UHGV virus genome: UHGV-1528002
Origin: a virus
Reading direction: 5' to 3' (one strand)
DNA length: 36,070 bases
The position numbers were made by a program, and so were the translations under genes. How positions within the stretch are numbered: the stretch's first letter is position 1; every line of letters starts with the position of its first letter. Positions 8,343 through 15,684 of this stretch are shown piece by piece. A model generated the notes under the pieces. It searched no databases, was not told where the DNA came from, and worked only from the letters and a program-made list of their open reading frames with translations.

Positions 8343-8687
8343 ATGAGAAAACAGATACAGGCTCTTGGTCGACTCAAAACAGGCCAGATGAACAAAACAG
8401 AATCTGCGTATTGCCAGCACCTTGAGCTGCGTAAACGTGCAGGAGAAATCGTCTGGTATCGATTTGAGGGTATCAAGCTGCGGTTAGCTGACAACACGTT
8501 CTATACGCCCGATTTTGCTGTGATGCTCGCCACCGGCGAGATGGAACTGCACGAAGTGAAAGGTTTCTGGACCGACGACGCCAGGGTGAAAACCAAAGTC
8601 GCCGCAGATCAGTATCCGTTCCGAATCATCGGGGTAACGGTTAAACCAAAGAAAGCAGGTGGTGGCTGGAACATCGAAGAGTTCTGA
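8343..8687 (+). CDS. DUF1064-family phage protein (putative small nuclease/resolvase-like)
   Basis: 114 aa; pattern recalled as DUF1064 (GEIVWYRFEGIKLRLADNTFYTPDFAV...HEVKGFWTDDARVKTKV). Confidence 0.55.
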   Translation: MRKQIQALGRLKTGQMNKTESAYCQHLELRKRAGEIVWYRFEGIKLRLADNTFYTPDFAVMLATGEMELHEVKGFWTDDARVKTKVAADQYPFRIIGVTVKPKKAGGGWNIEEF

Positions 8688-8748
8688 ATCGACGATCTTT
8701 TTAGTTATCAATGTAATCAATAAGTTATGTGGATAAGCGAGGGTAAAG

Positions 8749-9249
8749 ATGGAAAGTAATATCAAAGGGTTAGTTTCCGCCGGGCATGAGATGGCTTCGG
8801 AACTGAAAGCAGAATGTGGTGCCGTTGATATGCGCAGTGTGGCAAAGCTGATCAGCGATTTGGCAACGCAACTGGAAGTGCAACTGGTGCGTGCTAATGC
8901 GCTGGCCGAAGACCACCAGAAAGCGATTGAGTCAATTAAGCAGGCTGATTCGGCTGTTAAGTTGGCACACGAGAAGTTTTCAGCGCTGGCGGCGGAGAAT
9001 GCTGGGCTGAAACATGCAATGGCTGTAACTCTTGAGCATGTGTCGGTCACGGATGCAGGGCAGGCTGGTGTTGCTGCAATGATTATCAACGATGCCCTAC
9101 ACCACAGCGAAACTCCAGCCACCGATGCTTTTCTGGCTGAAGTACGTGCGCAGGGCGTGGAGATGTTTGCGGAGTGTGCATACACACTTGAACATCATGA
9201 TCACGCAGTAGCTTTTGCCGCCGAGCTACGTGAAGGAGGCAACAAGTGA
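8749..9249 (+). CDS. Hypothetical phage protein (possibly Ea22-like)
   Basis: 166 aa, Ala/Glu-rich helical; GAGGG RBS. Confidence 0.5.
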   Translation: MESNIKGLVSAGHEMASELKAECGAVDMRSVAKLISDLATQLEVQLVRANALAEDHQKAIESIKQADSAVKLAHEKFSALAAENAGLKHAMAVTLEHVSVTDAGQAGVAAMIINDALHHSETPATDAFLAEVRAQGVEMFAECAYTLEHHDHAVAFAAELREGGNK

Positions 9250-9545
9250 CTGTATGTCTTATTGATAAACGTCGACGTGGGCAACAAATACCATCTGTTG
9301 AAATGCCGAATCACACATGGTTTTGCGTACTTGATATCGATGGTATGGATACGTTGATCGACACTCGTCATTACTGCGATACCGCAACAGCTACTCCTGC
9401 AAAAGCAAAGAAAATGGCTGCTCTGATAGAAAACTGGACTCCACCTGATGGTTGGTGCAATGGGAATGATCGAGATTGGCACGAAAAAATGAAGGGCTAT
9501 ATCTGCGATTTTTTACGTAAATGCAACGGATTCAGGGTGATGTGA
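9246..9545 (+). CDS. Hypothetical protein (GTG start overlapping the upstream stop)
   Basis: 99-aa ORF, GTGA overlap; no recognisable domain. Confidence 0.4.
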   Translation: MTVCLIDKRRRGQQIPSVEMPNHTWFCVLDIDGMDTLIDTRHYCDTATATPAKAKKMAALIENWTPPDGWCNGNDRDWHEKMKGYICDFLRKCNGFRVM

Positions 9546-9546
9546 T

Positions 9547-9945
9547 ATGACCAAAATTAACTATCAGGCACTGCGTGAGGCGGCAGAGCGTGCAATTCCG
9601 GCAATGGAACGCCTGTTAATGTTGCCAGTTGATGATGATCTGATAAGCGAGCAGGAACTTAAAGATAGCGGTGTTGATATTGATGCGCTCAATGCCTTCA
9701 AAATTCTGGCCGGACCAGAAAGCGTGCTGGCGCTACTGGATGAACTAGAAGCTAAAAACAAACGCATTACAGAACTGGAAGCGAGGGAAGTTCAATTACC
9801 GACTCGCTACGACCTTCGATATGGGCACCCAATAAATGCTAATAAGCGGCATGTCATGATACCTAAAGAAAATGGCAGTTGGCTTTGCCTGATTGACTTA
9901 GAACACGCACTACGCGTCGCTGGCATTCGCATCAAAGGAGAGTGA
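9547..9945 (+). CDS. Ead/Ea22-like protein
   Basis: N-terminus MTKINYQALREAAERA and PESVLALLDELEAKNKRITELE match the recalled Ea22-like pattern. Confidence 0.5.
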   Translation: MTKINYQALREAAERAIPAMERLLMLPVDDDLISEQELKDSGVDIDALNAFKILAGPESVLALLDELEAKNKRITELEAREVQLPTRYDLRYGHPINANKRHVMIPKENGSWLCLIDLEHALRVAGIRIKGE

Positions 9946-9946
9946 T

Positions 9947-10312
9947 ATGGCACTGACGAAAAAACAACGTGCAGAGCTGCGCATGAAGTTCGGCGGTCGC
10001 TGTGCTTATTGCGGCTGCGAACTTGGCGAAAAGTGGCATGCAGACCATGTAAAACCGGTCATTCGTTTTGCTGGAAATATGCTTCACCAGGAACGTGACG
10101 ATATATCCAACATGGTTCCGGCATGCCACCCATGCAATCTGCACAAGCATTGCAGCAGCCTGGAAGATTATCGGCGAATTATCAGTGATGGTCGTCGTGA
10201 ATTCCTTGCGTCCGGGAAAGGCAAAGCGCTGGTTCGTATGGGATTGGTTGAAATGAAATCTGACCCGATTGTGTTCTGGTTTGAAAAATATCAAGAAGGG
10301 GCTACGGCATGA
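9947..10312 (+). CDS. HNH endonuclease
   Basis: CAYCGC...HADHVKP...ACHPCNLHKH: paired Cys zinc ligands with His-Asp-His catalytic motif. Confidence 0.75.
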   Translation: MALTKKQRAELRMKFGGRCAYCGCELGEKWHADHVKPVIRFAGNMLHQERDDISNMVPACHPCNLHKHCSSLEDYRRIISDGRREFLASGKGKALVRMGLVEMKSDPIVFWFEKYQEGATA

Positions 10313-10698
10313 CCACTATTACCAGAGAAAACGCGGAAATTAAATCATTCATCACTGGTTTCCTGAGCGACCCGGCGCACGATAACCAATCTTCAAACAG
10401 CCTGCTTGCCAATGTGTTTCGTATTGCACTGGTATCGCTGGAAGCAAAACCAATAGGTGCATTTCACATTGCAGAACAGCAAGTTGACGGCACAAGTGAC
10501 TACATCAAGGATGGGGAGTGGCCTATTGATAATGGAATTATTGAGGTCTACGCCGCTCCACCCGTTCCAGTAGTACCGGAAGAAAAACCAATGCCTAATC
10601 CTCTTAGCATGTACGCGGTTGATGCTGTTGCTGCTATTGCAGAGGTGAGAGGCTGGAACGCCTGCCGTGCCGCTATGCTTCAGGGAAAAGGAGAGTGA
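10309..10698 (+). CDS. Hypothetical phage protein
   Basis: 129 aa; shares its first codons (ATGACCACTAT, MTTIT) with the next gene. Confidence 0.5.
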   Translation: MTTITRENAEIKSFITGFLSDPAHDNQSSNSLLANVFRIALVSLEAKPIGAFHIAEQQVDGTSDYIKDGEWPIDNGIIEVYAAPPVPVVPEEKPMPNPLSMYAVDAVAAIAEVRGWNACRAAMLQGKGE

Positions 10699-10699
10699 T

Positions 10700-11272
10700 A
10701 TGACCACTATAACCGATAAGAAACAGTATCCCAGCGATCAATATCTTAATGAGCTGATCACCAACATGGAGTTTGCTGCAAGGGCACCAGTTGAAGTCGT
10801 GAGAGTGATGGCAGCAGAGCTACAGAAGCGGCGCGAAGCTGATAGTGCAGAACCTGTAAGCCAAACTTACAACTTGCCACAAACGCACTTTGAACAGGTT
10901 GCTGACCTTTACGAAATGCAATTTGAGGATGGACGCACTTGTGCCTTTCATACTGATGCGAAAAAGGCTGCGCAATGGCTTCAGTCATGTGACGGAAACA
11001 GGGTTCAGGAATATGTGAAGCTGGAGCGGTTGCAGAACGCGCTGTCTGGCAACTCTCCGGTAACTCAGGATGGCTGGATAAGCTGTAGTGAGCGAATGCC
11101 AAACGAAGAAGATGTTTTGGTTTATTGCTCAGACACAAAAGAGCAGATGGTAGGGTTTCACAAAGGTAAAGGGTTATTTCAATTCTTTTACATGAATGGT
11201 GTTGAGGGGGTATGTGAGCCGTCACACTGGATGCCACTACCAGAACCGCCGCAGGAGGTTAACCGTGGCTAA
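10700..11272 (+). CDS. DUF551-domain phage protein
   Basis: C-terminal DGWISCSERMPNEEDVLVYC...HWMPLPEPP recalled as the DUF551 pattern; ATG 10700 behind GGAGAG RBS. Confidence 0.55.
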   Translation: MTTITDKKQYPSDQYLNELITNMEFAARAPVEVVRVMAAELQKRREADSAEPVSQTYNLPQTHFEQVADLYEMQFEDGRTCAFHTDAKKAAQWLQSCDGNRVQEYVKLERLQNALSGNSPVTQDGWISCSERMPNEEDVLVYCSDTKEQMVGFHKGKGLFQFFYMNGVEGVCEPSHWMPLPEPPQEVNRG

Positions 11273-11546
11273 CCTGCAACTTGCCGTCAAAGGTGAATAT
11301 TTCGACCAGATGAAGTCAGGCGAGAAAACGGAAGAGTATCGCCTGTGTAATGACTACTGGAATAAGCGAATTATGTTCCGGGAGTATGACCGCCTGATTA
11401 TCACAAAGGGATATCCGAAGCGCGACGATTCCTGCCGCAGAATTGACGTCCCGTATGACGGATATGAAATCAAGACAATCACACATCCGCACTTCGGTGA
11501 TAAACCGGTAAAGGTGTTCGCGATAAAGGTAAATATTGATGGCTAA
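11265..11546 (+). CDS. ASCH/DUF3850-like small protein (GTG start)
   Basis: GTG 11265 behind GGAGG RBS; LQLAVKGEYFDQMKSGEKTEEYR resembles the ASCH-fold N-terminus. Confidence 0.4.
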   Translation: MANLQLAVKGEYFDQMKSGEKTEEYRLCNDYWNKRIMFREYDRLIITKGYPKRDDSCRRIDVPYDGYEIKTITHPHFGDKPVKVFAIKVNIDG

Positions 11547-11877
11547 ATCAGCAGCAGAGCGCAAAGCCGCTCAGAGAGCCAGACAAGCTGCATCTGGTGT
11601 GCGTAAGCTGGAGATTGTGCTTGATGCTCAGGAAATTGAAATGCTGGAGCGTAACTGTGCCACACGTCGCCCCGGGCGTGCGCCTTACGAATTTGGTGAG
11701 TATATAGCGTTACTGATCCGCCAGGATGATGCACGCGTGCGCGGGCGTATAAAATCGATCAGCAGAAAACGTTGCGGTAAGTGCGGCGAGAGAGTTCCTG
11801 TGAATTCATGCCCGTGTAATGGTGACTCGCAATGCTGGGTGACTAAAGGCTGGCATGAAACGAAATTAATAGTGTGA
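11539..11877 (+). CDS. Hypothetical basic protein with C-terminal Cys4 zinc ribbon (candidate regulator)
   Basis: N-terminal basic helical segment (AERKAAQRARQAASGVRKLEIVLDAQEIEMLERN) and CGKCGERVPVNSCPC cluster; last gene before the late region. Confidence 0.45.
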   Translation: MAKSAAERKAAQRARQAASGVRKLEIVLDAQEIEMLERNCATRRPGRAPYEFGEYIALLIRQDDARVRGRIKSISRKRCGKCGERVPVNSCPCNGDSQCWVTKGWHETKLIV

Positions 11878-11885
11878 CATGTCAC
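11873..11885. repeat. Palindrome TGTGACATGTCAC, copy 1
   Basis: Perfect palindrome overlapping the stop codon of the upstream gene; same 13-mer at 14324 and 31845. Confidence 0.7.
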
Positions 11886-11894
11886 GAAGGTGTT

Positions 11895-12107
11895 ATGCCA
11901 AAAATACGCTACGACCTTGAAGATATGAGAGATAACTCAGCAAATTTTCCGAAAGAGGTTAAATTTCTCATGCATAAGTATGGTTGCGCCAGGAGGGATA
12001 TAGTTATCGACAGTCAGCACCCTTGCGGCGAGGATGTAATTTTCATTCGCGGTAAATGGGAAGGGTATCTTGACGAGAGTTTTTACGATGAATTTGATGG
12101 ACTTTGA
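11895..12107 (+). CDS. Hypothetical small protein in an AT-rich moron
   Basis: 70-aa ORF from ATG 11895 in a low-GC segment, preceded by the palindrome and followed by a terminator. Confidence 0.35.
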   Translation: MPKIRYDLEDMRDNSANFPKEVKFLMHKYGCARRDIVIDSQHPCGEDVIFIRGKWEGYLDESFYDEFDGL

Positions 12108-12112
12108 ATACT

Positions 12113-12139
12113 GCCGCCAACTATGGCGGCTTTATTTTG
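12113..12139 (+). terminator. Rho-independent terminator just upstream of the terminase genes
   Basis: GCCGCC-aactat-GGCGGC followed by TTTATTTTG. Confidence 0.6.
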
Positions 12140-12181
12140 CATGGTACTATTACCACAACGGTAACTATTACCAAGGTGGTT

Positions 12182-12778
12182 ATGATGCCTGCTGAACCTA
12201 AAACCTATAAACGCAAATCAACGCAATTTAAGCCACTAACAGCAATGCAGGAGGCTTATTGCCAGTCATACATCAAAACGCCTGAAAACCAGACTCAGGC
12301 AGCGATTAACGCAGGATTCTCCCCAAATACAGCGGCAGTTAAAGCCAGTGTCATGATGCGCGATGAACGCATTCAAAAACGGATTGCCGAGTTGATGGAG
12401 GAGCGCAACAAACGAATGCGCGTCAGTGCTGATTACGTTCTCATGCGCCTGGTGGAGATCGACCAGATGGACGTGATCGACATCCTCAACGACGATGGGA
12501 GCCTTAAACCAATCCGTGAGTGGCCGAAAATCTGGCGCACTACGCTTAGTGGCTTTGATCTGTCATCGACCATCATGAACATGAACGAGGATTCGATAGA
12601 GACAATCCTCAAAAAAATTAAATGGCCTGACAAGGTGAAGAACCTTGAGCTGATTGGTAAGCATGTTGATGTCAACGCGTTCAAAGAACGTCTGGATGTT
12701 AATGTGAATGTGACAATTGCTGATCGCATAGCAGCAGCCAGGAAGCGACTCAAAGAACGTCAGGATGGTAATCAGTGA
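12182..12778 (+). CDS. Terminase small subunit
   Basis: ATG 12182 behind AAGGTGG RBS (the track's longer ORF spans the terminator); AYCQSYIKTPENQTQAAINAGFSPNTAAVKAS matches the small-terminase pattern; overlaps the large subunit gene. Confidence 0.75.
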   Translation: MMPAEPKTYKRKSTQFKPLTAMQEAYCQSYIKTPENQTQAAINAGFSPNTAAVKASVMMRDERIQKRIAELMEERNKRMRVSADYVLMRLVEIDQMDVIDILNDDGSLKPIREWPKIWRTTLSGFDLSSTIMNMNEDSIETILKKIKWPDKVKNLELIGKHVDVNAFKERLDVNVNVTIADRIAAARKRLKERQDGNQ

Positions 12779-14250
12779 CAGATACAGCGTTATCTCCTGA
12801 AGAGCAGTTGATCGAGGATATTGCAGGGTTCACTCACGATCCGCTTGGTTATGCCCTCTATGCGTTCCCGTGGGGGGAAGAGGGGACTGAACTGGCACAT
12901 GCCACCGGTCCACGTCAGTGGCAGGCCGATGCGTTCCGAGAGATACGTGATCACCTGCAGAATCCAGAGACGCGCTATCAGCCGCTTATGCTGGCACGCG
13001 CTTCTGGTCACGGTATTGGTAAATCCGCATTCATCTCAATGCTGATCAACTGGGGCATGTCCACTTGCGAGGATTGTAAGGTCGTGGTGACCGCCAACAC
13101 CGACAACCAGCTACGAACGAAGACTTGGCCGGAAATTATCAAGTGGTCGAACCTTGCTATCACGAAAGACTGGTTTACCTGTACCGCTACCGCGATGTAC
13201 AGCAATGATCCTGGGCACGACAAGCGGTGGCGAGCTGACGCAATCCCCTGGTCTGAGCACAACACTGAGGCATTCGCCGGACTACACAACGAGCGCAAAC
13301 GCATCATCGTGGTATTCGATGAAGCGTCGAACATTGCGGATCTGGTGTGGGAAGTTGCCGAGGGTGCGCTAACGGACGAAGACACTGAGATTATCTGGGT
13401 GGCGTTCGGAAACCCGACGCGTAATACCGGACGTTTCCGCGAATGTTTCCGCAAATATAAACACCGCTGGAAAACTGCGCAGATTGACAGCCGGACGGTG
13501 GAAGGCACTAACAAACAGCAGTTGCAGAAATGGGTTGATGACTACGGGGAAGACAGCGACTTCGTTAAAATCCGTGTGCGCGGCATATTCCCGGATGCAT
13601 CTGAATTGCAGTTTATCCCTACCGGACTTACTGACGAGGCAATGAAACGGGTGGTCACCGCTGCGCAGGTTGCACATGCTCCGGTGATAATCGGCGTTGA
13701 CCCGGCATACTCAGGCGTTGATGATGCGGTGATATACCTGCGGCAGGGGCTGCACAGTAAGGTGCTGTGGACCGGCAACAAGACCACTGACGATCTGATT
13801 ATGGCAAAGCGTATCGCTGACTTTGAAGACCAGTATCAGGCTGACGCGGTGTTCATCGACTTCGGTTACGGAACTGGTCTGAAGTCAATCGGTGACGGCT
13901 GGGGTCGTACATGGCAACTTGTTCCGTTCGGTGGCGCGTCTACTGACCCGCAGATGCTCAATAAGCGCGGGGAGATGTTCAACTCATGCAAGACGTGGCT
14001 GAGGCTGGGCGGCATGCTTGATGACCAGGAAACAGCGGACGACCTGTCGGCGGCAGAGTACAAAGTTCGAGTGGACGGTAAAATCGTTATCGAACCGAAG
14101 GAAGATATCAAGGAGCGGCTTGGGCGTTCTCCTGGTAAAGGCGATGCGCTACTGCTGACGTTTGCGTTCCCTGTGTCGAAGCGTCTGCGAATTCCCGGGC
14201 AGCAGAACCAGCAAGGCAAGGCCATCACAGATTACGATCCATATGCTTAA
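12775..14250 (+). CDS. Terminase large subunit
   Basis: 491 aa; ATPase region (ARASGHGIGKS, VVFDEASN) and C-terminal nuclease region; position next to the small subunit. Confidence 0.85.
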   Translation: MTDTALSPEEQLIEDIAGFTHDPLGYALYAFPWGEEGTELAHATGPRQWQADAFREIRDHLQNPETRYQPLMLARASGHGIGKSAFISMLINWGMSTCEDCKVVVTANTDNQLRTKTWPEIIKWSNLAITKDWFTCTATAMYSNDPGHDKRWRADAIPWSEHNTEAFAGLHNERKRIIVVFDEASNIADLVWEVAEGALTDEDTEIIWVAFGNPTRNTGRFRECFRKYKHRWKTAQIDSRTVEGTNKQQLQKWVDDYGEDSDFVKIRVRGIFPDASELQFIPTGLTDEAMKRVVTAAQVAHAPVIIGVDPAYSGVDDAVIYLRQGLHSKVLWTGNKTTDDLIMAKRIADFEDQYQADAVFIDFGYGTGLKSIGDGWGRTWQLVPFGGASTDPQMLNKRGEMFNSCKTWLRLGGMLDDQETADDLSAAEYKVRVDGKIVIEPKEDIKERLGRSPGKGDALLLTFAFPVSKRLRIPGQQNQQGKAITDYDPYA

Positions 14251-14300
14251 TCCGCTGGTGGGGATAATGTCGTTGATATCCTCTGATGAGGATAAAACAA

Positions 14301-14323
14301 AGCCAGCTCATCGGCTGGCTGTT
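14301..14323. terminator. Bidirectional terminator-like hairpin between convergent genes
   Basis: AGCCAGC-tcatcg-GCTGGCT; T-rich tract on the minus strand (TTTGTTTTAT) and GTTTG on the plus strand. Confidence 0.5.
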
Positions 14324-14336
14324 TGTGACATGTCAC
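14324..14336. repeat. Palindrome TGTGACATGTCAC, copy 2
   Basis: Identical 13-mer; shares the extended flank ...GTCACG-GTGTTA with copy 1. Confidence 0.7.
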
Positions 14337-14340
14337 GGTG

Positions 14341-14760
14341 TTACTTAATGGCATTAAATCCAGCGTTGATGGCTTCCGCAATATTGATGGCACTTGTTTT
14401 ATCGAAGTGCCCATTCTGAATAAGCGCCGCATGCAGGCATTGTAACTTCATGTTGTATAAGTGTTCGCTCATGTAATCATGATCACTTTTTGCTTTAGCG
14501 TAAACAGCGCGAGAAATATCAAACATATCGCCTTTTTCCATTTCAGAACGTTGTGCTGTTATCCAGTCATGGAACGTAACGCTAGTACCATGGTCTTCGC
14601 TAAGAGTTAACCCGGCCAGTCCCTCACTCTGAATTACTTCGTAATGCATTTCATTACCAGCAAAAACGCCATAAAAAACGCAGTCTTCAGCCTGAACGAT
14701 ACGAGAATATTTTAATGGCCATTCATTTAGATACTTAGCCAACATATCAATTGTCTTCAT
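14341..14760 (-). CDS. Hypothetical protein (inverted moron between terminase and portal)
   Basis: 139-aa ORF opposite to the flanking late genes; AAGGTGAG RBS directly after a terminator hairpin. Confidence 0.5.
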   Translation of the reverse strand: MKTIDMLAKYLNEWPLKYSRIVQAEDCVFYGVFAGNEMHYEVIQSEGLAGLTLSEDHGTSVTFHDWITAQRSEMEKGDMFDISRAVYAKAKSDHDYMSEHLYNMKLQCLHAALIQNGHFDKTSAINIAEAINAGFNAIK

Positions 14761-14770
14761 AATCTCACCT

Positions 14771-14797
14771 TAAAAAAATGCCCGGACGAACCGGGCG
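14771..14797 (-). terminator. Rho-independent terminator between the tRNA and the moron gene
   Basis: Minus strand GCCCGG-ttcgt-CCGGGC followed by TTTTTTT. Confidence 0.6.
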
Positions 14798-14870
14798 AAC
14801 TGGAAGCAATGAGTTCTGCCTTCCGTGGCTGTACTGGTTTACAGCATGAAGTCATCGCAATGGCGTCCTG

Positions 14871-14916
14871 CTGTAAAAAGGGCGGTGATAGTCCTTCAAG
14901 GGAAACCATCACCGCC
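14871..14916 (-). terminator. Terminator-like long hairpin downstream of the tRNA
   Basis: Minus strand 9-bp stem GGCGGTGAT...ATCACCGCC with 18-nt loop followed by CTTTTT. Confidence 0.4.
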
Positions 14917-14959
14917 AAGCACCTGGAACTTCTGGCATCACGGTCCTTAGGCGTGATTC

Positions 14960-15036
14960 TGGCGTGGCATGCAGGATTCGAACCTGCGACCAACCGCTTA
15001 GAAGGCGGTTGCTCTGTCCAACTGAGCTAATGCCAC
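14960..15036 (-). tRNA. tRNA-Arg, anticodon UCU, CCA encoded
   Basis: Minus strand folds as a cloverleaf: acceptor GTGGCAT/ATGCCAC, D-stem GCTC/GAGC, anticodon stem ACCGC/GCGGT with loop CTTCTAA, T-arm GCAGG-TTCGAATC-CTGC, discriminator G plus CCA. Confidence 0.85.
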
Positions 15037-15358
15037 AACGCTGAGAGCACTTAGCCTGTTAAGGCGCCACACTTTGTCGCGGCTCCATAAATGCTCTCAT
15101 CGTTGTACCCTCGTCTCTTCCGAGGCGTCACACCGAATCGCCGGGATGGTGAATCCCCGTGCGCGGAATAAAACCGCTCGACTTGCACATTCCGGCTACC
15201 TGGTTCGTTTGCCCGAGCAAGGGAGGGTGCCCCTTAAACGTATCCAGACCGCTATCGGCGCATGTGCCATACGCCGTACTGCTCAAAATAAAAGCTCACT
15301 CCACCTGTTCAATTTAACGACAAGCCAGTCATGTTAGTAACCGGAATGAACTCTTTGG

Positions 15359-15373
15359 TTACCTCAAAGGTAA
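15359..15373. promoter_or_regulatory. Operator palindrome TTACCTCAAAGGTAA
   Basis: Exact consensus copy in the 427-bp non-coding region between the tRNA and the gp6.7-like gene; minus-strand flank AATTAT-TACCT as at PL. Confidence 0.45.
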
Positions 15374-15463
15374 TAATTCGCGCATTAAATGTCAACTGCC
15401 TACGATAAATAAATCATATGTGGTTAAATTGGTAATAATTTAATTGCGTACGGAGTCATTGAT

Positions 15464-15670
15464 ATGTGCATGGGTAGCTCACCATCAGTGCCTGCAACAC
15501 CAGAAGTTCAGGCAGCACCACAGGAGCAGGATGCCGCCGTTGTTGATGCCCGCGACGAAGAAACTCGTCGCCGTCGCGCTGCTGCTGGTCGTAGTTCTAC
15601 GCTGCTTACCGGTTCTCAGGGCGACACATCAACCGCTAAGACCAGCGGTAAAACGCTGCTTGGTCAGTAA
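15464..15670 (+). CDS. Small virion protein resembling T7 gp6.7
   Basis: 68 aa starting MC, Ser/Thr/Ala-rich with basic C-terminus; sits directly upstream of the portal gene as in T7. Confidence 0.5.
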   Translation: MCMGSSPSVPATPEVQAAPQEQDAAVVDARDEETRRRRAAAGRSSTLLTGSQGDTSTAKTSGKTLLGQ

Positions 15671-15684
15671 CCGGAGTCATTGAA

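Noticed and set aside
8728-8736. Exact DnaA box TGTGGATAA upstream of the 8749 gene
   Set aside because: A single 9-mer match has a substantial chance expectation (about 0.3 in this window on both strands) and no clustered boxes or AT-rich unwinding element accompany it.
8484-9185. 233-aa minus-strand ORF overlapping the 8343 and 8749 genes
   Set aside because: Ser/Ala/Cys-rich low-complexity translation typical of the reverse strand of a GC-biased coding region; the plus-strand genes have RBSs and operon context.
11873-11885. Reading TGTGACATGTCACA as a CRP site
   Set aside because: CRP needs TGTGA-N6-TCACA; here the half-sites are separated by 4 bp, so canonical CRP binding is unlikely.
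12155-12172. GGTAACTATTACC inverted repeat upstream of the terminase small subunit gene, considered as another operator
   Set aside because: The half-sites are in the opposite arrangement (GGTAA...TTACC) with 3-bp spacing, so it does not fit the TTACCT-N3-AGGTAA operator consensus.
13008-14228. Minus-strand ORFs inside the terminase large subunit gene
   Set aside because: Shadow ORFs antisense to a well-supported gene.
14757-14993. 78-aa minus-strand ORF overlapping the tRNA-Arg and its terminators
   Set aside because: It spans a tRNA gene and two terminator hairpins, so it is not a plausible protein-coding gene.
15074-15337. 87-aa plus-strand ORF in the non-coding region upstream of the head genes
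   Set aside because: No RBS and Arg/Ser-rich low-quality translation; the region is better explained as regulatory or RNA.
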